Shown piece by piece: positions 1-6,035 of a DNA stretch of 25,666 bases. Both the position numbers and the translations under genes were made by a program. Below the pieces are notes generated by a model. The model made no database searches, was not told where the DNA came from, and saw only the letters and a list, made by a program, of their open reading frames with translations. Source of the DNA: a virus (Duplodnaviria > Caudoviricetes); the IMG/VR virus record IMGVR_UViG_3300017978_000037, positions 1 through 25,666 of that record. The stretch is one strand, 5' to 3'. Every line of letters begins with the position of its first letter. Within the stretch, counting starts at the first letter, position 1.

Positions 1-532
1 CCTTGCAGTCTTTAACAGCCGCTGAAGCCCCATTACGGATGCTCACAGTAGGCCACTTGCTGCCTGTCATCTGATACGAAGCTAATGCGTCTAGTTCACC
101 TTCAACGATGGTGATGTACTTACCTTCCTTCTGAAACAAATTCTGTCCGAAAAGTGTCGCTTTCTGAAAGTTTCCGGCGATTGAGAATGTTTTGTTCTCT
201 ACGCTACGAATCTTCTCAGCTACCTTAGCACCTGTCTCGTCAAAGTAAGGGTAGTAGTGCTTACCATCAGCTTGTGTAACACTGAAGTACTCACAAGTCT
301 CCCGTGAGATACCTCGATCCACGATAGCCTTAGCTTCCCCTGTTGTTTTCATCTGAAATACTTTCACTTGTTGTTGTTTTGTTACCACAGGCTCATCTCC
401 TGAGCCATTGACGTAGGTGTTACATCCGAAACAGTACTCATGACCATCATCATAAAGTGAGTTAGCATCGCTAGAGCCACACTTAGCGCACTCTACGTGC
501 TTGATGAACTTACTTGCTACTTTAAGATTCAT
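1..532 (-). CDS. T7 gp4-like DNA primase(/helicase), N-terminal part (runs off the window start)
   Basis: Not in ORF track. Manual translation from ATG at 532: MNLKVASKFIKHVECAKCGSSDANSLYDDGHEYCFGC (Cys4 zinc ribbon) ... DRGIS ... LFGQ ... IVEGELDALA (TOPRIM). ATGA overlap with the upstream ORF. Confidence 0.93.
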   Translation of the reverse strand, partial: MNLKVASKFIKHVECAKCGSSDANSLYDDGHEYCFGCNTYVNGSGDEPVVTKQQQVKVFQMKTTGEAKAIVDRGISRETCEYFSVTQADGKHYYPYFDETGAKVAEKIRSVENKTFSIAGNFQKATLFGQNLFQKEGKYITIVEGELDALASYQMTGSKWPTVSIRNGASAAVKDCK

Positions 533-741
533 GCTTCACCTCTTGCTCGGATTGCGTCAGCACAATCAACACCCGTATAAAGCGCCATGTTCTCGCATAA
601 ATTGGCACACGCTTTACGTTCTTTATTTGCTACTAGCTTGGCAAAGCTTTCAAGGTGAAAAAGCGCAGATGGATGAAGTGGTTTTCCGTCATCAATTGCG
701 TATGCTTTGTTTGCCATCTCAATGATTTCATCTTGTTTCAT
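529..741 (-). CDS. hypothetical early protein
   Basis: 70 aa, ERKACANLC...CADAIRARG pattern typical of small phage proteins; coupled to neighbours. Confidence 0.75.
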   Translation of the reverse strand: MKQDEIIEMANKAYAIDDGKPLHPSALFHLESFAKLVANKERKACANLCENMALYTGVDCADAIRARGEA

Positions 742-928
742 TGTTCAGCCTTTCACAAATGTCAATATCCATCTCATATACCCTGAGTTGCAGTAGCTTC
801 TTCTTAGCATGGTACACCTCACGTTTACGAGCGTTAGCCCTCTCAATAGTCTCCTGTTTAAAGACCCTACGATTAGGGGTTTCATACTTGTAAGGCCAGC
901 ACCCTTCAATGTGTACACTTTTAATCAT
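728..928 (-). CDS. hypothetical basic early protein
   Basis: 66 aa, ATGA overlap with upstream ORF. Confidence 0.65.
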   Translation of the reverse strand: MIKSVHIEGCWPYKYETPNRRVFKQETIERANARKREVYHAKKKLLQLRVYEMDIDICERLNNETR

Positions 929-1266
929 AATGTCTTTCCTATTTCTGCTGCTGCTCTTACGATTGCTCGGCGGGTGGCTGCGTATGGGTCGTTGTTTACT
1001 GAGCTATGGTAAACAACGGTTTCGTCTGGTACTTCATAACCATCTGGCGTATATGTTCCAAAAACACTTGCATACGAACTATAAACACCAACAATTAAAT
1101 GCAGCCTCACAGCCAATCGAAGCGCATCACCATCGTCTGTTAGTGGGTTCCAACGCTTAGACATATCTTTGTCATGCGAAAGAGTTGCACCATTCATAAA
1201 TGCTTTGTAAGCCAGTTCTAGCAGTTCACGGTCATGCTGACCTTCTTTATCAGAGGTAGTCGTCAT
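925..1266 (-). CDS. phage ABA-sandwich / NinX-like protein
   Basis: WNPLTDDGDALRLAVRL and DPYAATRRAIVRAA motifs; GGAG SD upstream. Confidence 0.65.
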   Translation of the reverse strand: MTTTSDKEGQHDRELLELAYKAFMNGATLSHDKDMSKRWNPLTDDGDALRLAVRLHLIVGVYSSYASVFGTYTPDGYEVPDETVVYHSSVNNDPYAATRRAIVRAAAEIGKTL

Positions 1267-1522
1267 TGATTAACTCCTGAGTAGCCCCACAATCGTCACA
1301 CTTGCCGTAGTTCCAATGAGCCGCTGAGTACATAGGTCCACCGCATACGTCACAAGTCCATTCTTCTTCTGAGTGGTCAATATCGTCATCATCATGCTCG
1401 TGTTCGTGTTCATTCATTGCTTTGTCCTTCTTGTTACCAAAAATGAGATCCCAATTATCCCGGACCTTACTTGCGTCTTCCTTACGCCTTCCTGATCCTT
1501 TACCACCATCACCGTGTGTCAT
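1250..1522 (-). CDS. hypothetical protein: GGKGS..NWDxIF peptide fused to acidic His-rich linker and CxxC-CxxC zinc ribbon
   Basis: ORF translation; GAGGAG SD; second in-frame ATG at 1417 with AAGGA SD. Confidence 0.7.
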   Translation of the reverse strand: MTHGDGGKGSGRRKEDASKVRDNWDLIFGNKKDKAMNEHEHEHDDDDIDHSEEEWTCDVCGGPMYSAAHWNYGKCDDCGATQELINDDYL

Positions 1523-2097
1523 GTGTTCTCCTCAGTGATGCCGTGAGCGGCTTCAGTTTGGTAAATCACAAATTCAACCGCATCTAAATACTCTCCCACC
1601 CAATCAAAATTTGAGGCGCGGTGTGCGATTGTTAGCCTCTGCTCATCCGTCAGCAGTTTGCGTTGTTGTGGTGTGGTGTAGAACTTTGTGCCTTCTGGGA
1701 ATGGTAAATCTTGAGTTACAGGACACCACATTCCAAATGATTGGTCGTCAGTTTGTGACTTGTAGCAAAGTTCACCGTGATATACCTTCAGCACCACAGG
1801 CTCACCCTGCTCTTGCTTTAACGATTCAAAGAATTCATCATTGTCAATTTGGCCTTCCCACTTTTTCTTTGGCTCACCCTGCTCTTGCTTTTCTAATTCT
1901 GTCGAATTCGACGGGATTAGATTTTCTTGCTTGGCTAGTGCTTCTTCTAGGGCTTTGATGGCGTCATAAGCAGAATTCAGGCATTCTTGCTCCCATACAC
2001 CTTCATTAAAATACACGCCGCTCACACTAAAGCCTCCAGCAGCATCGGTCAATTTATTCAACGCCTCAAGCGCCAGCTTCATTGCTTCTGTACTCAT
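1519..2097 (-). CDS. modular hypothetical early protein with repeated KQEQGEP linkers
   Basis: 192 aa, AAGGA SD, ATGA overlaps at both ends. Confidence 0.8.
   Translation of the reverse strand: MSTEAMKLALEALNKLTDAAGGFSVSGVYFNEGVWEQECLNSAYDAIKALEEALAKQENLIPSNSTELEKQEQGEPKKKWEGQIDNDEFFESLKQEQGEPVVLKVYHGELCYKSQTDDQSFGMWCPVTQDLPFPEGTKFYTTPQQRKLLTDEQRLTIAHRASNFDWVGEYLDAVEFVIYQTEAAHGITEENT
1799..1891. repeat. perfect 21-bp direct repeat GGCTCACCCTGCTCTTGCTTT (1799-1819, 1871-1891)
   Basis: Read directly; encodes KQEQGEP twice on the minus strand. Confidence 0.9.
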
Positions 2098-2333
2098 GGC
2101 GTTTCCTTAATAGATACATTAATTCCAATTAATTCACAAGGTTGAAAAGATTCAACAACAACAGTTTTTCCTTCTAATTCTTTTTCTGGCATTTCATCAA
2201 AATCAGCATTTACGGTTAAATCAACCATCAATGTTTGACCAGCGTACATTTTTGGCTCATCAGTTTCAATAACTTTGCAAATGCTAGTCAATCTATCTTC
2301 ATCAAATTTTTTTACAAATAAAACTGTTGTCAT
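2094..2333 (-). CDS. hypothetical protein (start reassigned to ATG 2333, MTTVLFVKK)
   Basis: ATGA overlap with upstream gene stop; the longer ORF-track start lies inside the upstream gene. Confidence 0.7.
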   Translation of the reverse strand: MTTVLFVKKFDEDRLTSICKVIETDEPKMYAGQTLMVDLTVNADFDEMPEKELEGKTVVVESFQPCELIGINVSIKETP

Positions 2334-2497
2334 AGCGGAGCCTCTGGCAGTTGTGCGCGTTGCGATTGTTGATACGCTTGTTCTTGTGCTTTTGTCCACG
2401 GTGTTGGTGGATGTTGCGGAAAAGGCCACGGATTTACAGCTTGGCCTTGTGGTGGAAATAGATCAGCCGCTATTGCAGCAAGTGCGTCATCAAACAT
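2330..2497 (-). CDS. WPFP...PEAPL mini-protein (paralog 1)
   Basis: ATG 2497 with GGAG SD; similar to 3804-3947. Confidence 0.7.
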   Translation of the reverse strand: MFDDALAAIAADLFPPQGQAVNPWPFPQHPPTPWTKAQEQAYQQSQRAQLPEAPL

Positions 2498-2729
2498 CAA
2501 TACGCTCCAATGCAAAGTCAATTGCTACAAGTGCAGCTTCTTCAACTTCAAAGTTTGGATGCCCAATGTTTGTTTCTGTGTAAGACAAGGCTTCACGCGC
2601 CAAGATTAAGATTTCTTTTAATTCTTTTTTTTCTGCTTTTAGTTCATCAAGTCTTTTACAAGCCGATTCCATTGCTTGATGTGCAAGTCGAATTTTTGTA
2701 ATCGTGTCCAATGCTTCTGACTGTTTCAT
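2490..2729 (-). CDS. hypothetical coiled-coil protein
   Basis: 79 aa, GGAGG SD, ATGA overlap. Confidence 0.75.
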   Translation of the reverse strand: MKQSEALDTITKIRLAHQAMESACKRLDELKAEKKELKEILILAREALSYTETNIGHPNFEVEEAALVAIDFALERIDV

Positions 2730-2956
2730 AACTTAACATCCTCCCATTGTGACAAGTCTTGAATGATGTCAGCTAGAACGCTCTCAGACAGTCCTTTGTA
2801 CGCTGTGTACCCAAGGGTACTAGCCTTCAAAGATTCGAGCATTAAACAGGCATCTAAGCCCTTTAAAGCACACTTGTACGCAAAGACCTGCTCAGGTTTA
2901 GACAAGTCATAGGACAAAGTAGCAACACCTGCTAGTTTTTTATTCTTGAAGTTCAT
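2726..2956 (-). CDS. hypothetical protein
   Basis: 76 aa, GGAG SD, coupled overlaps. Confidence 0.75.
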   Translation of the reverse strand: MNFKNKKLAGVATLSYDLSKPEQVFAYKCALKGLDACLMLESLKASTLGYTAYKGLSESVLADIIQDLSQWEDVKL

Positions 2957-3174
2957 TTAATTTCTCCACAAAGTTGTTCAAGGAAAGTATTTGTAGTTCT
3001 CGCCATTGTAAAACCCATTTTAAAGGCATCACCTACATTAAAACCTACAATTTCCTCATAATCTTCGATTGAAGTGTAAGCATAATCACTGTCTTCAACC
3101 CACTCCTTGAATTGACGGAACGACCAATGACCTGTTTTAACCCATTCATACGCTTGTTTTGATGTTACTTTCAT
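2953..3174 (-). CDS. hypothetical protein
   Basis: 73 aa, AYEWVKTGHWSFRQFKEWV motif, coupled overlaps. Confidence 0.75.
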   Translation of the reverse strand: MKVTSKQAYEWVKTGHWSFRQFKEWVEDSDYAYTSIEDYEEIVGFNVGDAFKMGFTMARTTNTFLEQLCGEIK

Positions 3175-3227
3175 TTGAGTGACACCTTTACCAATGTTAA
3201 GACAAAGACAAACAAAGAGATTACCAT
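3171..3227 (-). CDS. 18-aa hydrophobic peptide MVISLFVFVLTLVKVSLK
   Basis: GGAGA SD; overlaps upstream stop and forms an ATGA overlap with the downstream gene; below ORF-track cutoff. Confidence 0.5.
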   Translation of the reverse strand: MVISLFVFVLTLVKVSLK

Positions 3228-3391
3228 TTCTTTTCTCCCATTGCTGCCCTTAAGTCAGACGTTACTTTATCCCATCCATACACGACAATCAATTCAACAA
3301 AAGCATTCATTGTATGGACATAATGAGCTTCTTCCATCATTAGAGTTTGATCTCTAACTTCTTCTTCATGTTTAGACATAGAATCTTTCAT
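3221..3391 (-). CDS. 56-aa hypothetical protein (MKDSMSKHEEEV...GEKKW)
   Basis: GAGGGG SD; fills the gap; below ORF-track cutoff. Confidence 0.65.
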   Translation of the reverse strand: MKDSMSKHEEEVRDQTLMMEEAHYVHTMNAFVELIVVYGWDKVTSDLRAAMGEKKW

Positions 3392-3405
3392 GTTATCCCC
3401 TCTTT

Positions 3406-3472
3406 ACTTTAATGATATTACTTAGTATGACTTTATTAAGTAGTATCTTTAATAGTGTATTTACATTAAAGT
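3406..3472. other. AT-rich nested inverted-repeat element
   Basis: Outer ACTTTAATG (3406-3414)/CATTAAAGT (3464-3472); inner 13-bp stem 3415-3427/3434-3446 with two G-T pairs on the plus strand. Confidence 0.6.
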
Positions 3473-3474
3473 TC

Positions 3475-3735
3475 TTAGACATCATAGTCTTCTCTAGAGT
3501 CTACTACATAGCTATATAGTGCATCAATGTCTTCTAGGGAATCCCCTGTGTCCATGTCGTCATCTATGGTGTCTAAGTCCTGCTCAGTTATCAGGTCTTT
3601 CCGGTCAATCACAGCCACGAATGGCTTGATGTCTTCAAAGCAAGTTTTACATAGGTCGATAAACTTGAACGTATGCGCGTCCTTTCGGGTTGCCTCATAG
3701 TCGGTCAATAGTTTGTCACAAGCTGTGCAATGCAT
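3475..3735 (-). CDS. zinc-finger protein with acidic C-terminal tail
   Basis: CTAC...CKTC, Asp-rich tail, AAGGA SD. Confidence 0.8.
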   Translation of the reverse strand: MHCTACDKLLTDYEATRKDAHTFKFIDLCKTCFEDIKPFVAVIDRKDLITEQDLDTIDDDMDTGDSLEDIDALYSYVVDSREDYDV

Positions 3736-3803
3736 TTTTAGTCCTTAGGTAGGTGCAGGTATTACCCTGCTGGTTTTAGAGCCTTCTAGACCCCTTTAAA
3801 GCC

Positions 3804-3947
3804 TCACATGGGTGCTTCAGGTGTCTTATCTCGTTGTTGTTTATTGTAATCCTCTTGTTCCTTAGGTGTCCATGGCTTAGGTGGACACTCAGCAGGGAAA
3901 GGCCATACGTACTGCGTACAATTATGAATGTGTTGTATTTTTACCAC
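3804..3947 (-). CDS. WPFP...PEAPM mini-protein (paralog 2), 47 aa
   Basis: GTG start with GGAG SD; MVKIQHIHNCTQYVWPFPAECPPKPWTPKEQEDYNKQQRDKTPEAPM; missed by ORF track. Confidence 0.65.
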   Translation of the reverse strand: MVKIQHIHNCTQYVWPFPAECPPKPWTPKEQEDYNKQQRDKTPEAPM

Positions 3948-4004
3948 AGATCATGCTCCAAGATTAGATCAACGCAATAGCACATAAGAATCGTTGTCAT
4001 AGGG

Positions 4005-4295
4005 TTAACTCCATTCAGGTTTAAAGTTTTCATGAGGTGGATAGCCATTGTTCAACCGACAGATATGCTCAATAGCCCATGCGAAGTCGTATAGCCGTGT
4101 GGCGTAATTGTCACTATGTTTCAAGCATTCGTCAATCTGACCTTTGGTTATCTCTACCCAAGGCTTACCTGCTTCACCAGTAAAGTAGATTTCCCCACAG
4201 ACCGTGCATTGTTTAGCATCAGTGAGTCCAATATTAGCCCAATCCCAAGCATCAGAGCCACATTTATAGCATTTATGCGTTGGACACTTATTCAT
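4005..4295 (-). CDS. zinc-ribbon hypothetical protein
   Basis: CYKC...CTVC; AAGGAG SD; ATGA overlap. Confidence 0.75.
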   Translation of the reverse strand: MNKCPTHKCYKCGSDAWDWANIGLTDAKQCTVCGEIYFTGEAGKPWVEITKGQIDECLKHSDNYATRLYDFAWAIEHICRLNNGYPPHENFKPEWS

Positions 4296-4609
4296 TGTTG
4301 TAACTCCTTTGGTATCTCGACGTAATCACCGAGTTTACTTGCAACATAACAGCGCATGGTTGCAATGAGTGGTGTTGGGCCTGACTGAATGAAGTTGTTC
4401 CCTCTGTCGCCTGTGCTTGCATCCCACACATTGCCAGAGCAAAACAAATCCAACTTCTCACGCTCAATAATCGGACCACCTTGCGCCCAATCGGTTGAGT
4501 ATTCTGTGAGCCAGTCAATGCGGTCAAGACACTCATTACCAGAAATTACACCTTCACATTTAGCCACCGCCCAGTCAAGCGCGGCACCCGTCAATTCGGA
4601 AGTTTTCAT
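4292..4609 (-). CDS. DUF2591 / NinX-family phage protein
   Basis: ELTGAALDWAVAK, YSTDWAQGGPIIERE and GPTPLIATMRCYVASKLG motifs. Confidence 0.85.
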   Translation of the reverse strand: MKTSELTGAALDWAVAKCEGVISGNECLDRIDWLTEYSTDWAQGGPIIEREKLDLFCSGNVWDASTGDRGNNFIQSGPTPLIATMRCYVASKLGDYVEIPKELQQ

Positions 4610-4890
4610 CGTGTCACCTCATGTAGTTTGTATTGTGTTTCACTATCAACCCCTAGATCATAGCTAATATTGTCTAAAGTGTCACCGAAGTTATCCCATT
4701 CAAGGAAAAAGTCTAGATCGTCAGTAGACGCTAACGTGCTAAGTACTGGTGAGTACTTTTCCATTACCTTTTTAGCCTCTTTTAGCAGGTAGATCAGTTC
4801 ATCACGTGTAGACACCAGTTCATCCGTCAATGGATTACCTTCACGCCACAATCGGCGTTCAAGGCTGATAAAGTCTTGATTGTTTAACAT
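4606..4890 (-). CDS. hypothetical protein
   Basis: 94 aa, GGAGG SD, ATGA overlap. Confidence 0.75.
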   Translation of the reverse strand: MLNNQDFISLERRLWREGNPLTDELVSTRDELIYLLKEAKKVMEKYSPVLSTLASTDDLDFFLEWDNFGDTLDNISYDLGVDSETQYKLHEVTR

Positions 4891-4892
4891 GG

Positions 4893-5147
4893 TTATTCCT
4901 CCGACAATTTATCGTGAAAGACAAAGACATAATCGCCATTCTTTAATTGACCCCCAAGCAATGGAGGGAAAGTGTCTTTATCCCATCCGAGATCAAACAA
5001 CAAAGCGTCAACGGCTGCGCGGTGGCAAGCTTGTCCTGAGAGACCATAAGGGTAACTGATTGTGACTGATCCAGCGGCCCAAGTGGCCTTGATACGTGCT
5101 CCACGTGAGTTCGTGGGTGATAGATACTTAGTTTGTATAGCTTGCAT
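4893..5147 (-). CDS. conserved phage early hypothetical protein (IQTKYLxPTNxRGARIKA type)
   Basis: Recognisable N-terminal motif; AAGGA SD. Confidence 0.8.
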   Translation of the reverse strand: MQAIQTKYLSPTNSRGARIKATWAAGSVTISYPYGLSGQACHRAAVDALLFDLGWDKDTFPPLLGGQLKNGDYVFVFHDKLSEE

Positions 5148-5196
5148 GATGATTCGATCCTTGAATAATTAAGTTGAATGGATAGTGTAGCAGGGA

Positions 5197-5319
5197 TTAC
5201 AGATAGATACCAAAGACGAAGGCAAATAGTCCCATAATGGCCACGAAGTACACAACGCCTAAGCATACATGCAAGAGAGCTGAGATGGCCAATTGTGCAG
5301 GTGTTTTGTTTTGATACAT
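5197..5319 (-). CDS. 40-aa membrane peptide MYQNKTPAQLAISALLHVCLGVVYFVAIMGLFAFVFGIYL
   Basis: AAGGAG SD at 5328-5333; long hydrophobic stretch; below ORF-track cutoff. Confidence 0.65.
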   Translation of the reverse strand: MYQNKTPAQLAISALLHVCLGVVYFVAIMGLFAFVFGIYL

Positions 5320-5342
5320 AATAAAGACTCCTTGATAGTTGA

Positions 5343-5543
5343 TTAAGACAGTAAGGCTTTGCAGAGTGCATCAGCTTCTTGCGAGTCGATAGCCGTGGTG
5401 AGCGCTTCTAGGTAAGCACTATACTGTGGGTGGCTAGGTTGCAGGTTCACACCGCCTGCTGTTCCGCCCTTTGAATGAACAACAATCCCCGCTTTAGGAT
5501 GATTAAAAGCGGTGTAGTTGGCGGATGTTTTGAAGAGTTGCAT
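5343..5543 (-). CDS. first early gene, hypothetical
   Basis: 66 aa, AAGGA SD, about 30 nt downstream of the predicted sigma54 start. Confidence 0.75.
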   Translation of the reverse strand: MQLFKTSANYTAFNHPKAGIVVHSKGGTAGGVNLQPSHPQYSAYLEALTTAIDSQEADALCKALLS

Positions 5544-5584
5544 GATTTGATCCTTAAATGATGCGTTGAAGATACAGTCTACTT

Positions 5585-5600
5585 AGCAGATACCGTGCCA
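5585..5600 (-). promoter_or_regulatory. sigma54 (-24/-12) promoter facing the early arm
   Basis: Minus strand TGGCACGGTATCTGCT versus consensus TGGCACGnnnnTTGCW (one mismatch); exact GG-N10-GC spacing. Confidence 0.75.
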
Positions 5601-5610
5601 GTCTATGTTT

Positions 5611-5689
5611 TGTAATACTCTAGTTTACATTGTAATCTTATAAGCCTTAAATGTAATACTAATATGTACAGTGTTGTACCATTACAACG
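5611..5689. promoter_or_regulatory. phased TGTAAT array and dyads, candidate activator sites
   Basis: TGTAAT at 5611, 5631, 5652; TGT-N13-ACA dyads at 5611-5629 and 5652-5670; GTTGTA-N4-TACAAC at 5673-5688. Confidence 0.5.
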
Positions 5690-5698
5690 CCACATGAA

Positions 5699-5756
5699 CG
5701 CTCCGCTTTAGTGCATGATTCCCTTATGTGGTGCATAGTTGCACCTTGATAGTGCA
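5699..5756. promoter_or_regulatory. three tandem NtrC-like binding sites
   Basis: TGCACCTTGATAGTGCA (5740-5756, full GCAC-N7-GTGC), TTCCCTTATGTGGTGCA (5719-5735), CGCTCCGCTTTAGTGCA (5699-5715); 20-21 bp spacing. Confidence 0.65.
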
Positions 5757-5762
5757 TTGAGT

Positions 5763-5778
5763 TGGCATGGAGTTTGCT
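5763..5778 (+). promoter_or_regulatory. sigma54 (-24/-12) promoter, rightward
   Basis: TGGCATGGAGTTTGCT, one mismatch to TGGCACGnnnnTTGCW. Confidence 0.7.
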
Positions 5779-5829
5779 TGATAGTCTACTGTTTAGGTTA
5801 CGTTATAGCCTGCTACATAGTCCCTCACT

Positions 5830-5866
5830 TGCTTACTTTTTAAGCATATTGCCTATTATTTAAGCA
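5830..5866. promoter_or_regulatory. tandem 17-bp dyads TGCYTA-N5-TAAGCA
   Basis: TGCTTACTTTTTAAGCA (5830-5846, perfect arms) and TGCCTATTATTTAAGCA (5850-5866), 20 bp apart. Confidence 0.6.
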
Positions 5867-5976
5867 CATAGGTGTTACTACGTAGGTATCTAGATAGTAA
5901 GCATACTTACCATTATAGTCTTGATAGGACTTGATAGGGGGGAGGGGGAGAGCTTGTGTGTTTACTTTTGTGGGAG

Positions 5977-6035
5977 CCTCTAAAGCATACAAAAAAGAAT
6001 ATGGGAAAGAGGACCTCTAAAGCACACAAAAAAGA
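5977..6035. repeat. 22-bp direct repeat CCTCTAAAGCAYACAAAAAAGA, period 37
   Basis: 5977-5998 and 6014-6035, 21/22 identical; just downstream of a G6-A-G5 tract (5937-5948). Confidence 0.85.

Noticed and set aside
501-4667. Plus-strand ORFs in the left arm (and minus-strand ORFs in the right arm)
   Set aside because: Shadows of tightly coupled genes on the opposite strand, with no SD or recognisable motifs.
4943-5371. 142-aa minus-strand ORF
   Set aside because: Overlaps three better-supported genes with clear SD sequences.
5331-5937. IHF sites from CTTGATAG repeats (TATCAA on minus strand)
   Set aside because: None has the TTR element four bases downstream required by WATCAA-N4-TTR.
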